A DNA stretch of 48,925 bases from IMG/VR virus record IMGVR_UViG_3300037721_000067, positions 1-48,925 of that record. The stretch is one strand, 5' to 3'. The translations under genes and the position numbers were made by a program. The notes under the pieces were generated by a model. That model had not been told where the DNA came from. It ran no database searches and saw nothing but the letters and a program-made list of their open reading frames with translations. Positions 9,498 through 19,158 of this stretch are shown here, one piece after another; positions within the stretch are counted from its first letter, which is position 1, and every line of letters begins with the position of its first letter. Source of the stretch: a virus. Taxonomy: Duplodnaviria; Caudoviricetes.

Positions 9498-12400
9498 TCA
9501 GATGGTCCTCACCGTGTTGTGAACGTTGCGGGACGTCAGGGTCGAGGCGATGCCCGCCCCGACAGCCTGCCCGGTCCGGTACGCCTCGTCCTGGGTGGGG
9601 ACCGCCCCGGAGAACGTGATGCGGATGGCCCCGTCGGCGAACGTGATCCCGCCACCACCGGACGCCCCCCCGGTCACGGCACCACTGCCGTTCGCGCCGA
9701 GCGCGGCCCGCAGAATCCCCTGACCGGCGAAGTCCAGGCCCCCGCCCCGGCCGCCCATCGTGGCGGCCGCCATCGCCCGCGCCGCGTCGACCAGCTTCGG
9801 CGTGCTGCGTTCCATGCCCGCCGCGATCATCGTGGCGATCTTGCCACCGGCGATCTCCGGGCTGCCGGACCCGGACAGCGGGCCTTCCTTGGCGGGGGAG
9901 AACGGGAACAGGTTCCGGATCACCGACGCCGCCGCCGCGGCCTTGGCCCGCAACGCGCCAAGTTTGTTGCTGATGCCGTTGATCAGGCCCTGGATGGCGT
10001 TCGCGCCCGCGCTGTACAACAGCGACCCGAGGTTCCCCACGGCCGACTTGATCCGGCCCGGCAGGCCCCGCACCGCGGCCACCGCACTGTTGAGCCGCGA
10101 CTTGATCGCGTTGACCATGCTGGTGAAGTTCGCCGACACGTTCGACACGAACCCGCGGATCGCGGAGATGACCGCCACCGCCCGCTGGATCTGCGACACG
10201 ATGTGCGACCGGATCGCATTGAAAATGGGTGAGATGTACGACGACCACAGAGTCTGCGTCGCTGCCTGAATGGCTTTCCAGGCGGGCGAAATGTAGTTGT
10301 TCCACACCTGCCGGGCCGCGTTCGCGGCGATCATGAACGCGGCTTTCATACCGTTGAAGGCCGGGACGATCGCGTTGGTCCACAACCATCGGGCGGCGGC
10401 CCCGACCGCGCTGAACACCGGCGACAGGACGTTCTGCCACCACCACGTCGCCACCGCCGCCAATGCCTGGAACGCCAGTTTGATGCCTTCCCACGCGACC
10501 AGGAACACCGACTGCCAAAGCCAGAACACCAGCGACGCGACGGCCTGGATCGGCGGCGCGAACACCGAATACAGCCACGCGAACGTCGCCCCCAACGCCT
10601 GGGTCAGGATGACGATCCCCTGCCAGGCGGGGGTGATGATGTTGTTCCACAACCACATCGCGATGTTGCCGATGAACTGGAAATACGGCTGGATGATGGT
10701 GGTCCACAGCCAGGTGACCACACTCGCGTACGCGCGGGTAGCCGCGGCGATGCCGTCGAACGCCGGTTTGATGGCGTTGTTCCACAACCACATCGCGACC
10801 GCGCCGATGGCCTGGAACGCGGGCGCAAGAATGGTTTGCCACAACCAGATCGCGGCGGCGGCGATCGCGTCCCACGCCTGTTTGATCAGCGGCCACGCGG
10901 TCCCGACCAGCCAGTTGACGACCGCCCCGATCACGTTCTTGATCCCGGCCCACGCCGCGTTCACGAAGTTCCGGAAGGTTTCATTAGAGTTGTAGAGCCA
11001 CACGAGCCCGGCCACGAGCGCCGCGATCGCGGTGATGATCAACCCGACCGGGCCGAGGGCGAACTTCAACGCCGCCCCGAACGCGATCTGCGCCGCCGTC
11101 GCGATCTTCGTGACGGTGGTGACCACCGTGGTGGCCTTCGCCCACGCGACCAGCCCACCGGCGGCCTGGACCGCGGCGACCGCCGCGGCGGCCTTGCTCG
11201 CCGCGACGTACGCGCCGAGCGCGATGACGACCGCCTTGACCACACCGCTGTGCTGGGCGAGGAACCCGGTCAGGGACGCGATCGCGGGGACGAACGCGCC
11301 CACGATCACCGCGGCGGCCTGCGCGAGCATCGGCACGACCGGGGCGACGGCCACGACGAGGTTCGCGAACGACGGGGCGAGCCCCGCGACGACCGGTAGC
11401 AGCGCCTGCAACGCCTGCCCGATCGCGGGTAGCGCCGCACCCAGCGAGGTGCGCAGCGCCGCACCGATCTGGCCGAGGGTGGAGAACACCGCGGCGAGCA
11501 CCTCGCCGCCCTGCGCGCTGTTGAAGAACGCGGCGACCTGACCGGTCAGGTCGCGGACGTTCGCCAGCAGCGACGACCCCCCGGCGGTCGCGGCCTGGAA
11601 CACGCTCGTGACGATCGACCCGACGTTGGCCAGGATCCCGCCGAGGTCCTTCAGGGTGGCCACCCCGGCCTCGTACAGTTCGCTGATCCGGCCGGACTGC
11701 GACGCCGCGGTGATCCACTCACCGGCCCGGGTGGCGATGTTCGCGAACCCCTGCGCGATGACGGGCAGCTTCGGCGCGGTCGCCTCGATCAGCGCGGCCA
11801 TCGCGGTCACGAGCGGGTCGACCGCCGCCCGCAGGTTGATGACCGACATCCCGGTGGCCTGGAACAGGGTCGACACCGACCCGAACACCGACGCTTTGCG
11901 GGCGCTCTGCGCGAACTGCTCCCCCAACCCGCCCAGCGGTCCGGCGAGGTTCGACATCTCGCGGGTCAACAGCGGCAGGTAGATCCCGGCGGTGGCGGCC
12001 ACCTCGTCCTGCAACGGTTTGAAGAACCGGCCGGACACCGAATTACGCAACGCGTCGATCTGCGGTTTCAGATCGATGATGCTTTTCGCGAAGGTGCGGG
12101 CCGCGGGTGGTAGTCCTTCGAGGGCTTTCTTGGCCTGGTCGGCGGTGCCGGTCAGCCCTTTGGTGATGGCGTCGCCGACACCGGCGGTGGCGATGCTCAG
12201 GGTGGCCGACGCGGCTTTCACGGCGAGCATCGCGGCGGGCAGCACCAGCAGGGCACCGGCCGCGGGCAGGATAGCCGCGGTCAGGTGCAGCAGGCCAGGC
12301 GCGGCGGACGCCGCAGCACTCGCGACCAGGGTCAGCCGGGCCGCCATGATGGCCAGTTGCCGGGAGAACTCCCCGGTCTTCTCCATCCCTTTCGAGATGC

Positions 12401-12677
12401 CTTTGCTGAAACCCTGCCCGGCCTGTTCCCCGGATTTGATGAAGTTGCCCTGGGCGTCGCGGAGTTTCCCGTCCGCGCCGCGGCTGATTCCCTCGCCCAG
12501 TTCCTCACCGATTTTGACCCCGGCCGCCCCGACCTGCTTGTGGAGTTTGTCGGCTACCGGTTTCGCGTTGACGTTCGTTTTCTTCAGGGCGTCGTTCAGG
12601 TCGCGCTCGAAACGGGAACCGAATTCGGACACGTCGGCCAGGATGTCGACGGACGCCGTGCCGGTTCTGGTTCCCAT
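9498..12677 (-). CDS. Tape measure protein
   Basis: 1059 aa, Ala-rich helical, periodic WLW repeats; YNSNETFRNFVNAAW and PFSPAKEGPLSG motifs. Confidence 0.95.
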   Translation of the reverse strand: MGTRTGTASVDILADVSEFGSRFERDLNDALKKTNVNAKPVADKLHKQVGAAGVKIGEELGEGISRGADGKLRDAQGNFIKSGEQAGQGFSKGISKGMEKTGEFSRQLAIMAARLTLVASAAASAAPGLLHLTAAILPAAGALLVLPAAMLAVKAASATLSIATAGVGDAITKGLTGTADQAKKALEGLPPAARTFAKSIIDLKPQIDALRNSVSGRFFKPLQDEVAATAGIYLPLLTREMSNLAGPLGGLGEQFAQSARKASVFGSVSTLFQATGMSVINLRAAVDPLVTAMAALIEATAPKLPVIAQGFANIATRAGEWITAASQSGRISELYEAGVATLKDLGGILANVGSIVTSVFQAATAGGSSLLANVRDLTGQVAAFFNSAQGGEVLAAVFSTLGQIGAALRTSLGAALPAIGQALQALLPVVAGLAPSFANLVVAVAPVVPMLAQAAAVIVGAFVPAIASLTGFLAQHSGVVKAVVIALGAYVAASKAAAAVAAVQAAGGLVAWAKATTVVTTVTKIATAAQIAFGAALKFALGPVGLIITAIAALVAGLVWLYNSNETFRNFVNAAWAGIKNVIGAVVNWLVGTAWPLIKQAWDAIAAAAIWLWQTILAPAFQAIGAVAMWLWNNAIKPAFDGIAAATRAYASVVTWLWTTIIQPYFQFIGNIAMWLWNNIITPAWQGIVILTQALGATFAWLYSVFAPPIQAVASLVFWLWQSVFLVAWEGIKLAFQALAAVATWWWQNVLSPVFSAVGAAARWLWTNAIVPAFNGMKAAFMIAANAARQVWNNYISPAWKAIQAATQTLWSSYISPIFNAIRSHIVSQIQRAVAVISAIRGFVSNVSANFTSMVNAIKSRLNSAVAAVRGLPGRIKSAVGNLGSLLYSAGANAIQGLINGISNKLGALRAKAAAAASVIRNLFPFSPAKEGPLSGSGSPEIAGGKIATMIAAGMERSTPKLVDAARAMAAATMGGRGGGLDFAGQGILRAALGANGSGAVTGGASGGGGITFADGAIRITFSGAVPTQDEAYRTGQAVGAGIASTLTSRNVHNTVRTI

Positions 12678-12734
12678 GCCCTAGATCGTCGCCGGTCGGC
12701 CCCGGATGATCACCACATCCGATACCGTCATTCC

Positions 12735-13067
12735 ATGGCGATGACAGGTGACCAGAGCCCACCGGCGGCCCGCGTTCAGGTGCGGATAGACGACTCCCGG
12801 GTCCGGGACGCCGTCGCCGGGCACGTGATGGCGATCGTGGCGCAGACGATGCGGTTCCTGCTGCTCAACCCCGAGACGTGGTTGTCCGCCCGGATCACCG
12901 CCGACGAACGCGCCGACGTCGAACAGGCGGTGGCCCGGCTCATCGGGATACGCGCCGCGGACCTCACCGGCGAGCCGTGCCCGCTGTGCCAGCACACGGC
13001 GCAGTGCGCGCAGGGCTGCCCGGTGGAGATCGCCCGCACGATGGTCGACCCGCCCGGGCGGCTGTGA
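12735..13067 (+). CDS. Hypothetical protein with C-terminal Cys/His cluster (CPLC-H-C-C), probably leaderless
   Basis: TACCGT 6 nt before ATG 12735; antisense to the tail operon. Confidence 0.6.
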   Translation: MAMTGDQSPPAARVQVRIDDSRVRDAVAGHVMAIVAQTMRFLLLNPETWLSARITADERADVEQAVARLIGIRAADLTGEPCPLCQHTAQCAQGCPVEIARTMVDPPGRL

Positions 13068-13546
13068 TGATCGACGTCGACAGGGCGCAGGTGTCGCGCC
13101 GCGAGGACGGCACGGTGGTGGTCGACGACCCGTCCGCGCCGGTCGTGGTCGGTGTCCGGGTCGACACGTCCACCGGGTCGGCCCGCGCCACCATGGTCAC
13201 CGTGGAGGCCAGGTCGGCGGCCACCCGGATCTCCGCGGCCCTGCTGGCCCGGCTCCCCCTCGCGCAGATCGTCCCGCTGGCCGCGTCGACCTCCGGGAAC
13301 GGGCACCCCGACGAGCCGTATTACCGGCAGCTGGCCCGGCCGAAACCGGTCGGGTTGCACGCGTCGTGGGACCGCGGGCACTGGGACCGGGTCCTGGCCG
13401 TCTACGAGTGGGCGGTGCGGGTCGACCGGCCCGGCGGCGGGGCGCGGGCGGTCGCCGACTTCTGGGGCGTGACGATCGACCCGACGGTGTACCGGTGGTT
13501 GAAGATCGCCCGCGGACGTGCCCCGATGCCGGGGCTGACCGGGTGA
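13067..13546 (+). CDS. Putative DNA-binding protein with C-terminal HTH (DUF6214-like)
   Basis: ARAVADFWGVTIDPTVYRWLKIAR helix-turn-helix pattern; start overlaps the upstream stop. Confidence 0.6.
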   Translation: MIDVDRAQVSRREDGTVVVDDPSAPVVVGVRVDTSTGSARATMVTVEARSAATRISAALLARLPLAQIVPLAASTSGNGHPDEPYYRQLARPKPVGLHASWDRGHWDRVLAVYEWAVRVDRPGGGARAVADFWGVTIDPTVYRWLKIARGRAPMPGLTG

Positions 13547-13659
13547 CCCCGGCCAGCCCCTGCCCGGCCGCCACCGTGTAGGCGCGGCGGCGGCGGTGAA
13601 TTCCCCTAGCCAGCCTTCTCACCAACTGAAAGGAGAACCCCACCCTACCGGCTGCCGGG

Positions 13660-14211
13660 TCAGCGTCCGCCGCGCTGGGCGTACATCTGTTCGAACGACT
13701 GGGCGGCGGCTTCCTCGTCGAACCGTTCGGCCGCGGACACCCCGGGCGGTGTGCGCATCAGCTCGCCGTCGAACTTCGAGATCTCTTTGGCGTCCTTGTC
13801 GCGGGTGTAGATCCGGTACAGCCCGGCGACGACCGCGCCCAGCGGCGCGGCGGCCAGGTCGACGCCGGACAGCCGCAACTCGCCGATCGCCGCCGGGTCC
13901 TGCGCGGCGGCGTGGATCAGTTTGACCGCCACCCACCAGGTGACCCCGGAGACCGCGCTGACGGCCTCCTGGGCGGCCTTTTCGCACTCGGCGGTGGTGA
14001 CGGTCCCGTCGGTCAGGTCGTCGTACAGGTCGTCCAGTGAGCGGGTCCCGTCGGGTGCGTCGAGCATCCCCGGAACGATGTCCGCCCACCCCTTTTCGAG
14101 GATCGGCAGCAGCCACTCCCCGGCGGGCCGGGCGGTGATCCGGTAGTCGCCGCCGCCGAGGGTCACCACCACCGACCGGGGTTTGACGACGGCGGCCGGG
14201 TCGATCTCCAC
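13660..14211 (-). CDS. Tail assembly chaperone 2
   Basis: Synteny (second of two genes before the tape measure); acidic helical protein. Confidence 0.65.
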   Translation of the reverse strand: MEIDPAAVVKPRSVVVTLGGGDYRITARPAGEWLLPILEKGWADIVPGMLDAPDGTRSLDDLYDDLTDGTVTTAECEKAAQEAVSAVSGVTWWVAVKLIHAAAQDPAAIGELRLSGVDLAAAPLGAVVAGLYRIYTRDKDAKEISKFDGELMRTPPGVSAAERFDEEAAAQSFEQMYAQRGGR

Positions 14212-14873
14212 TAGTCGCCGAGCCGGGCCTTACGCCGCGCCGCCCGGTTCGGCTGGGCGTCGGTGTTGGCGTCGGCGAGCGCGCCGATGGCCTTCTGCAT
14301 GAGGTCGGCCGCGTCGGGCAACCGGATCCGGCCCTCTAGCATCTCGTCCTCCAGCCACTCGACATCAGCCGGGTGGACCATGACGGAGGTGACCAGTTTG
14401 ATCGCCCGGTCGTAGTGCCCGGTGGCCTCTTCGAGGCTCATCGGTTCGGCGTCGGGTTTGCTGTTCTGCTCGGACAGCAGGTGAAATTTGCGGGCCAGCC
14501 GCCGGTAGATGGTGAGCTGTTCCAGGGTGGGCGGCCGGACGCGGATGGTCCGGTCGCGCCAGATGACGTCGGTCTCCGCCGCCTGGCCGTCGTCGTCGGG
14601 CTCCGGTTCCGGGGCAGGAGCGCCGGGGGCGGCGAGGACCTCGGTCGGCTCGATCGTCGTCGCGGCGGCGGTGCGGGCGCGGGACGCCCGCGACGTGCGG
14701 GCAGTACTGCCGTCGACCGCGGTCCGGGTCGGCACCCGCCGCGCGGCGGCGGCGCGGGGTGCCGCCCCCGCCGGGGTGTCGGCGGCGGCGGTCTGCGCGG
14801 CCGGTGGGGCGACCTTCGCCGCGGTCGCCTTCCTCCGGGCCGGTGCCCCCGCCGCCTTCTTGGTGGCCGCCAT
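14211..14873 (-). CDS. Tail assembly chaperone 1
   Basis: Synteny; C-terminal NRAARR motif common in actinophage chaperones; Ala/Lys/Pro-rich N-terminus. Confidence 0.7.
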   Translation of the reverse strand: MAATKKAAGAPARRKATAAKVAPPAAQTAAADTPAGAAPRAAAARRVPTRTAVDGSTARTSRASRARTAAATTIEPTEVLAAPGAPAPEPEPDDDGQAAETDVIWRDRTIRVRPPTLEQLTIYRRLARKFHLLSEQNSKPDAEPMSLEEATGHYDRAIKLVTSVMVHPADVEWLEDEMLEGRIRLPDAADLMQKAIGALADANTDAQPNRAARRKARLGD

Positions 14874-14909
14874 CTTGGTCCCCCTTCAATGATCAACGAT
14901 GACGGGAGC

Positions 14910-15335
14910 CTACCGTCCCGCGTCCCACCGGAACCCCTCCTGACGGGCGACCTGCTCCCCGGCGCGGGCCAGCCACGGCCGGGCGCGGGTGCCGGGGTGC
15001 CGGACGGACTTCACGATGACGGTCCGGCCGCCGATCTGGAACCGCAGCGCCTTCTTACGTTTCGGGCGGATGGTGTGCGGTCCGGACCCCTCGTGCACGG
15101 CCACGGCGTAGTCGGCGTCGTTGTACACCTCGCCGCGGGCACCCGGGGGGGCCTTCACCGCGGCGCGCATCTTGTTGTGGCCGCGCAGGTTCCCGTACCG
15201 GACCGGTGTCATCATGACGGCCCGGTTCAGGACCTTGCGGGTGACGTCGGCGACCAGCAACAGACCGTGGTCGGAGGCGATCCGGTTGGCGGTGGCCCGG
15301 TCAAGCCGGACCGTCAGCCTTCCCGCCCGCAGCAC
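14910..15335 (-). CDS. HK97 gp10-like neck/tail completion protein
   Basis: TPVRYGNLR, YAVAVHEGSGPHTIRP and VRHPGTRARPWL motifs. Confidence 0.85.
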   Translation of the reverse strand: MLRAGRLTVRLDRATANRIASDHGLLLVADVTRKVLNRAVMMTPVRYGNLRGHNKMRAAVKAPPGARGEVYNDADYAVAVHEGSGPHTIRPKRKKALRFQIGGRTVIVKSVRHPGTRARPWLARAGEQVARQEGFRWDAGR

Positions 15336-15591
15336 CGGCCCCCCCTCCGTCGTCGCCGGGGGTCACCCCGAGCAGGCTGACCGGGCCGGGGGCCGGGGCG
15401 GGGGTGCCGCCCAGCGGCGGCGCGGTCGCCTCGGTGCCGTCGGCCAGGCGCAGCCAGCCGCGGTCCAGGCGGGCGCGGACCGAGTCGGTCAGCTCCACCT
15501 CCCCGGTCTCGCCGCGTTTGAGCTGGTCGTGGTTGGCGACGACGACCACCGTCACCGTCTCGGGTCCCCGGGTCCTGGCCTTGCTGGTCAT
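15301..15591 (-). CDS. Small virion-module hypothetical protein
   Basis: ATG overlaps the upstream stop (ATGA); MTSKARTRGPETVTVVVV... Confidence 0.6.
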   Translation of the reverse strand: MTSKARTRGPETVTVVVVANHDQLKRGETGEVELTDSVRARLDRGWLRLADGTEATAPPLGGTPAPAPGPVSLLGVTPGDDGGGAGAAGGKADGPA

Positions 15592-16139
15592 GTGCACACT
15601 CCTGTCTGGTCGCACGGAACGGCGCTGATCGTGACTTGCATGGCCCCGCCCACGCAGCCACCCTCGGTGGGCAGGGGCAGCCACGCCCCGACCAGCCACG
15701 GGGTGTCCTCGTAGTCCTCCAGGGTCTTGAACACCGCGACGGCGCGGCGGATCGCGGCGGCGTCGGCCATCACCGCCTCGACGACGGTGTTCCACTCGGC
15801 GGCCGAGGGGATGACGTTGGCCGCGGGGACGGGCGCGCACCGGGCGATGCCGATCTCCAGGATGATGGCCCAGCCGATCGGCCCGCACATGGTGGCCTGC
15901 GTGCCGTCGCTGTCGGGGGTGGGGAAGTTCGCCGACGGGTAGATGGTCACCACCCGCACCCAGCCGAGCCCCTCACAGCACTCGTCGCGGCCCTCGGCGA
16001 GCAACAGTTCGATGCGGTCGCCGGGGCGGGCCATCACGACCCGCGGCGGGTCGACCAGGCACCGGGACTGGTCCTCCAGGGACGCCACCATCGCCTCCAC
16101 GACGGGCCACACCATCGGGTCCGGGACGGGGGTGGCCAT
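15588..16139 (-). CDS. Tail terminator-like protein
   Basis: Synteny; CCEGLGWVR, GIARC and GGCVGG motifs of cluster-B-like neck genes. Confidence 0.7.
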   Translation of the reverse strand: MATPVPDPMVWPVVEAMVASLEDQSRCLVDPPRVVMARPGDRIELLLAEGRDECCEGLGWVRVVTIYPSANFPTPDSDGTQATMCGPIGWAIILEIGIARCAPVPAANVIPSAAEWNTVVEAVMADAAAIRRAVAVFKTLEDYEDTPWLVGAWLPLPTEGGCVGGAMQVTISAVPCDQTGVCT

Positions 16140-16942
16140 CAGGTCACCCGCCGCGGCAGCGGCATGTCGGGGGACAGGACCAGCGGGGCGGAGGTCAGCT
16201 GGTGGGGGTTGTCGGCGCGGATCACGTCGTCGACCGACCGGATGCCGGTGAGGATCAGCCCGGTGACGTCGGTCGGGATCTCGGCCACCTCCAGGTCGAC
16301 GCCTTGGCGGGTGAGGCGGGACAGGGTGCGGGGCAGCTTGCATTCCCCGCCCACGCATGCCTTGGCGGTCTCGCAGGCCAGTTCCTCGAACGCCGCCTGT
16401 ACTGCCGCGGGGATGGGGAGGCCGACGTCGTAGACGACGGTGAACCCGGTCGCCACGTTCCCGAAGTTCGTGCAGCACGGCCAGCACCCGCCGTCGGTCC
16501 GTACCAGCAGGTAGCCGTCCTGGACCACGTACGCGTCCGCGTCGACGTCGTCACCGCCGACGGTGACCGAGGTGATGCCCGCGGTGGTGGTCGGGCCTTC
16601 CAGCGCCACCTCGCACGCGCCGGGGCAGCACGTCCCGCCGGTCGGCCGGTTGTACCAGAGACCCCCGTCGATGACCGGGGAGACCAGGCCGCCGCCGAAC
16701 CCGCCGACGGGGTAGGTGCGGTACGACGTGTCCGGGTCGGGGCCACCGGCGCACCGACCGGCGGGCATGACGGTGACCTCACACGGCCCGTACCGGCGGC
16801 CGGTGGCCGCCCACATGATGTGCGCGGCGATCGCCTGCGCGCGGGCCTGCACGGTCGGGGAGTACGTGCTCCAACAGTCGACGCCGCCGGTGCAGGTTCC
16901 GGCACAGCCGCAGGAAGAGACGGTCCAGCCACACGGTGCCAT
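16139..16942 (-). CDS. Head-to-tail adaptor
   Basis: Cys-rich; WAATGRRYGPC, CKLP..LTRQGV and TGIRSVDD motifs; TAAGGT 7 nt upstream of the ATG (leaderless). Confidence 0.8.
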   Translation of the reverse strand: MAPCGWTVSSCGCAGTCTGGVDCWSTYSPTVQARAQAIAAHIMWAATGRRYGPCEVTVMPAGRCAGGPDPDTSYRTYPVGGFGGGLVSPVIDGGLWYNRPTGGTCCPGACEVALEGPTTTAGITSVTVGGDDVDADAYVVQDGYLLVRTDGGCWPCCTNFGNVATGFTVVYDVGLPIPAAVQAAFEELACETAKACVGGECKLPRTLSRLTRQGVDLEVAEIPTDVTGLILTGIRSVDDVIRADNPHQLTSAPLVLSPDMPLPRRVT

Positions 16943-17081
16943 GCCTGCCACCTTACTTGTGGATCACCCTGGCGGGCCGGTGTCCGGCCTGGCCAGTCGC
17001 GTGCGGGTGCACGTGCACCCGCACGGCAGCCGGGCCGCGCGGGTGGTCGTGCGGGTGGTCGTGCACTGGTAGACAACGCGG

Positions 17082-17216
17082 GTGTCGAAACCGCGCACGT
17101 TCCTGGAGTGGCTCCCCGCAGCGGTGTTGTGGGCGCTGGTGGGCCTGTTCGGCGCGGCCGTCCTGTTCTCGTGCGTGTGGTTCGGCCTGTACGAGGTGGG
17201 GTGGCGGGACCTCTGA
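17082..17216 (+). CDS. 44-aa single-pass membrane microprotein (not in ORF track)
   Basis: GTG start; MSKPRTFLEWLPAAVLWALVGLFGAAVLFSCVWFGLYEVGWRDL; strong GC3 codon bias; fills an intergenic gap. Confidence 0.6.
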   Translation: MSKPRTFLEWLPAAVLWALVGLFGAAVLFSCVWFGLYEVGWRDL

Positions 17217-17222
17217 CCGGCG

Positions 17223-19082
17223 TCATCGTTTGAGGTGGGCCTGGAGCAGACGCCAGTCCGGGGCCAGCCACTCATCGTTGAGCGGCGACGACGGCGGCGC
17301 GGTCAGCCCGATGTACCCGTTGAGCCGCGGCTCCCGGTACGGCTCCTCCGCCCACACCGCCTTACCGGCGAGCTCCGGCGGGTCATCCGGGCCGTTCCAC
17401 AGGAACCACGACGCGTACCGCTGACCGGCCATCTTGCTCCAGCCGGGCACGGACGCGGTGGCCGCGTCGAACAGCTGCGTCTCGTAGTCGGCGAACGGGG
17501 CCGTCCACAGGGTGGGGTCGTCGACCGACACGGCCTCGGGGAAGTACTGGGTGCCGTCGTATCGCATCACCCCGACCCAGGCGTGGTTGTCGACGTTGGG
17601 CGTCGCGAGGGTGGGGGTGTCGCCGGTGGAGGTGCGGAAGAACTGGACGGTCTCGGTCACCTGCGCGGTCCAGTGCGTCACGAGCAGCTGCCCGTCGGTC
17701 AGCGGCAGCTGCCCGGTGGGGAGTTGCCGGTTCACGGCCACCTCCCCGTCGTCCACGATCCGGTTGACGTCCGGCCCGGACACGCACCGCCACACCCCGG
17801 GGGTGCCGCCGGTCGTGCACCGCCAGATCCCGTCGGTGGCCAGGACCACGTCCCCGGTCGCCCAGTCGCCGGTCAGCGGTGCCCCGAACGTCGCCTTGAA
17901 CCCGGCGATCCGCAGGTTCGTCAGCGTGTTCTTGGCACCCAGGTTCGCGGTGCCCCCGGCCGCGTCGACGGACTGCTGTCCCTGGTAGACGGTGCCACCG
18001 AACTCGGTCAGCCCGGCCACGGTGACGCCGGTGTCCCGGAACCGGACCAGCCCGGTCTGGGTGCCGGTGAACCCGGCCCCCGAGAAGCTGGAGATGACGA
18101 CGTCGCCGGACAGTTTGTCGATGTCGACCGCGCCGCCGGTGGACCTGAACCGCACCGCGGAGGAGTTGTCGCTCTTGCGGATGGTCAGGGTGGAGTCGAC
18201 GATCTCCCCGCCGTCGGCGTCCAGCTTGGCGTCCAGGGCCAGTTGGGTTGCGGTGCTGACCGGCTTGTCGGTGTCGCTGGTGTTGTCGACGTCGGGCAAC
18301 CCGACGTCGGCCTTGTCGATGCCGGTCACCGTGCCGTCGACCTGGAGACTGCCGTAGATCCGCAGGTCCCCGCCGACGTCGAGGGCGTCATCGGTGGCCA
18401 GTTTGTTCGCGGCCACCCGGTACAGGTTGGTGTCCGCGCCGATGTTCAGCAGCCCGGTCACGCCGATGTTCAGCGGCCCGACCACGTCCACGGGGCCGGG
18501 GAACGCGGGGTCGACCAGCGGGGCCTTGTCGTCCAGTGCGTCGGTGAGCCCGTTCAGGGCGGTGGTCAGCCCGGTGACGTCGCCCAGGACGTGGGTGTGG
18601 ACCAGCGCGGCCTTACCGTTCAGGGCGGTGGTCAGCCCGGTCACGTCGGTGATGACGTGGGTGTGGACGAGGTTCGCCTTGGTCGCGAGGCCCGCGGTCA
18701 GCTGGGCGGTGGTGGCGTAGGTGACGCCGGGGGTGATCGTCGCCGCGCCCCACTGGATCAGGTCGGCGAGCTCCACCGTGAGGGTCTGGTAGTCCAGGAA
18801 CAGGGTGCCCTCGTGCAGGGCGCTGCCGGACCCGAGGAGCACCTGGTAGGTGAAGGTGGGCGTCCAGTTCGGATGGTTGCACGGGGGCAACGCGAACTGG
18901 GCGGTGCCACCCGCGGCGAGGGTGCGTTGCTCGTCGATGTACGGGACGACGCTGTTGTCCGTGGGGCCGGTCAGGGTGCCCAGGTAGTAGATCCGCAGGA
19001 ACCCGGATGCGCCGCCGTTGGGCAGCGTGTCGACCTTGCAGTTGACGGTGACCAGCGGCAGCCCTGCCGGGAACGGCATCAC
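17223..19082 (-). CDS. Fiber protein (tail or head fiber) with phage tail repeats
   Basis: HTHVxxDVTGLTTALNG repeats and KADVGLPDVDNTSDTDKPVSTA motif; RBS GAGGAAGGGG. Confidence 0.8.
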   Translation of the reverse strand: MMPFPAGLPLVTVNCKVDTLPNGGASGFLRIYYLGTLTGPTDNSVVPYIDEQRTLAAGGTAQFALPPCNHPNWTPTFTYQVLLGSGSALHEGTLFLDYQTLTVELADLIQWGAATITPGVTYATTAQLTAGLATKANLVHTHVITDVTGLTTALNGKAALVHTHVLGDVTGLTTALNGLTDALDDKAPLVDPAFPGPVDVVGPLNIGVTGLLNIGADTNLYRVAANKLATDDALDVGGDLRIYGSLQVDGTVTGIDKADVGLPDVDNTSDTDKPVSTATQLALDAKLDADGGEIVDSTLTIRKSDNSSAVRFRSTGGAVDIDKLSGDVVISSFSGAGFTGTQTGLVRFRDTGVTVAGLTEFGGTVYQGQQSVDAAGGTANLGAKNTLTNLRIAGFKATFGAPLTGDWATGDVVLATDGIWRCTTGGTPGVWRCVSGPDVNRIVDDGEVAVNRQLPTGQLPLTDGQLLVTHWTAQVTETVQFFRTSTGDTPTLATPNVDNHAWVGVMRYDGTQYFPEAVSVDDPTLWTAPFADYETQLFDAATASVPGWSKMAGQRYASWFLWNGPDDPPELAGKAVWAEEPYREPRLNGYIGLTAPPSSPLNDEWLAPDWRLLQAHLKR

Positions 19083-19116
19083 CGACCCCCTTCCTCACGG
19101 CTAGACAGGCGGGGGG

Positions 19117-19151
19117 CCGCCGGTCCCGGGCTGGGCGCGCGGGACCGGCGG
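19117..19151. terminator. Terminator hairpin after the major tail gene
   Basis: CCGCCGGTCCCG...CGGGACCGGCGG 12-bp stem. Confidence 0.65.
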
Positions 19152-19158
19152 GGTTACC

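Noticed and set aside
10250-11000. Periodic Trp-rich repeats
   Set aside because: Ordinary tape measure 11/22-residue periodicity
13660-14873. Programmed frameshift between the tail assembly chaperones
   Set aside because: No slippery sequence near the first stop; the second ORF has its own overlapping GTG start
16953-17066. 37-aa His-rich minus-strand ORF (MHDHPHDHPRG...)
   Set aside because: No RBS; sits in a probable divergent promoter region and derives partly from a short GTGGTCGTGC repeat; insufficient support
18549-18680. Direct repeats in the fiber gene as a diversity-generating retroelement template/variable pair
   Set aside because: They encode common phage fiber repeats; no reverse transcriptase and no adenine-specific mismatch pattern
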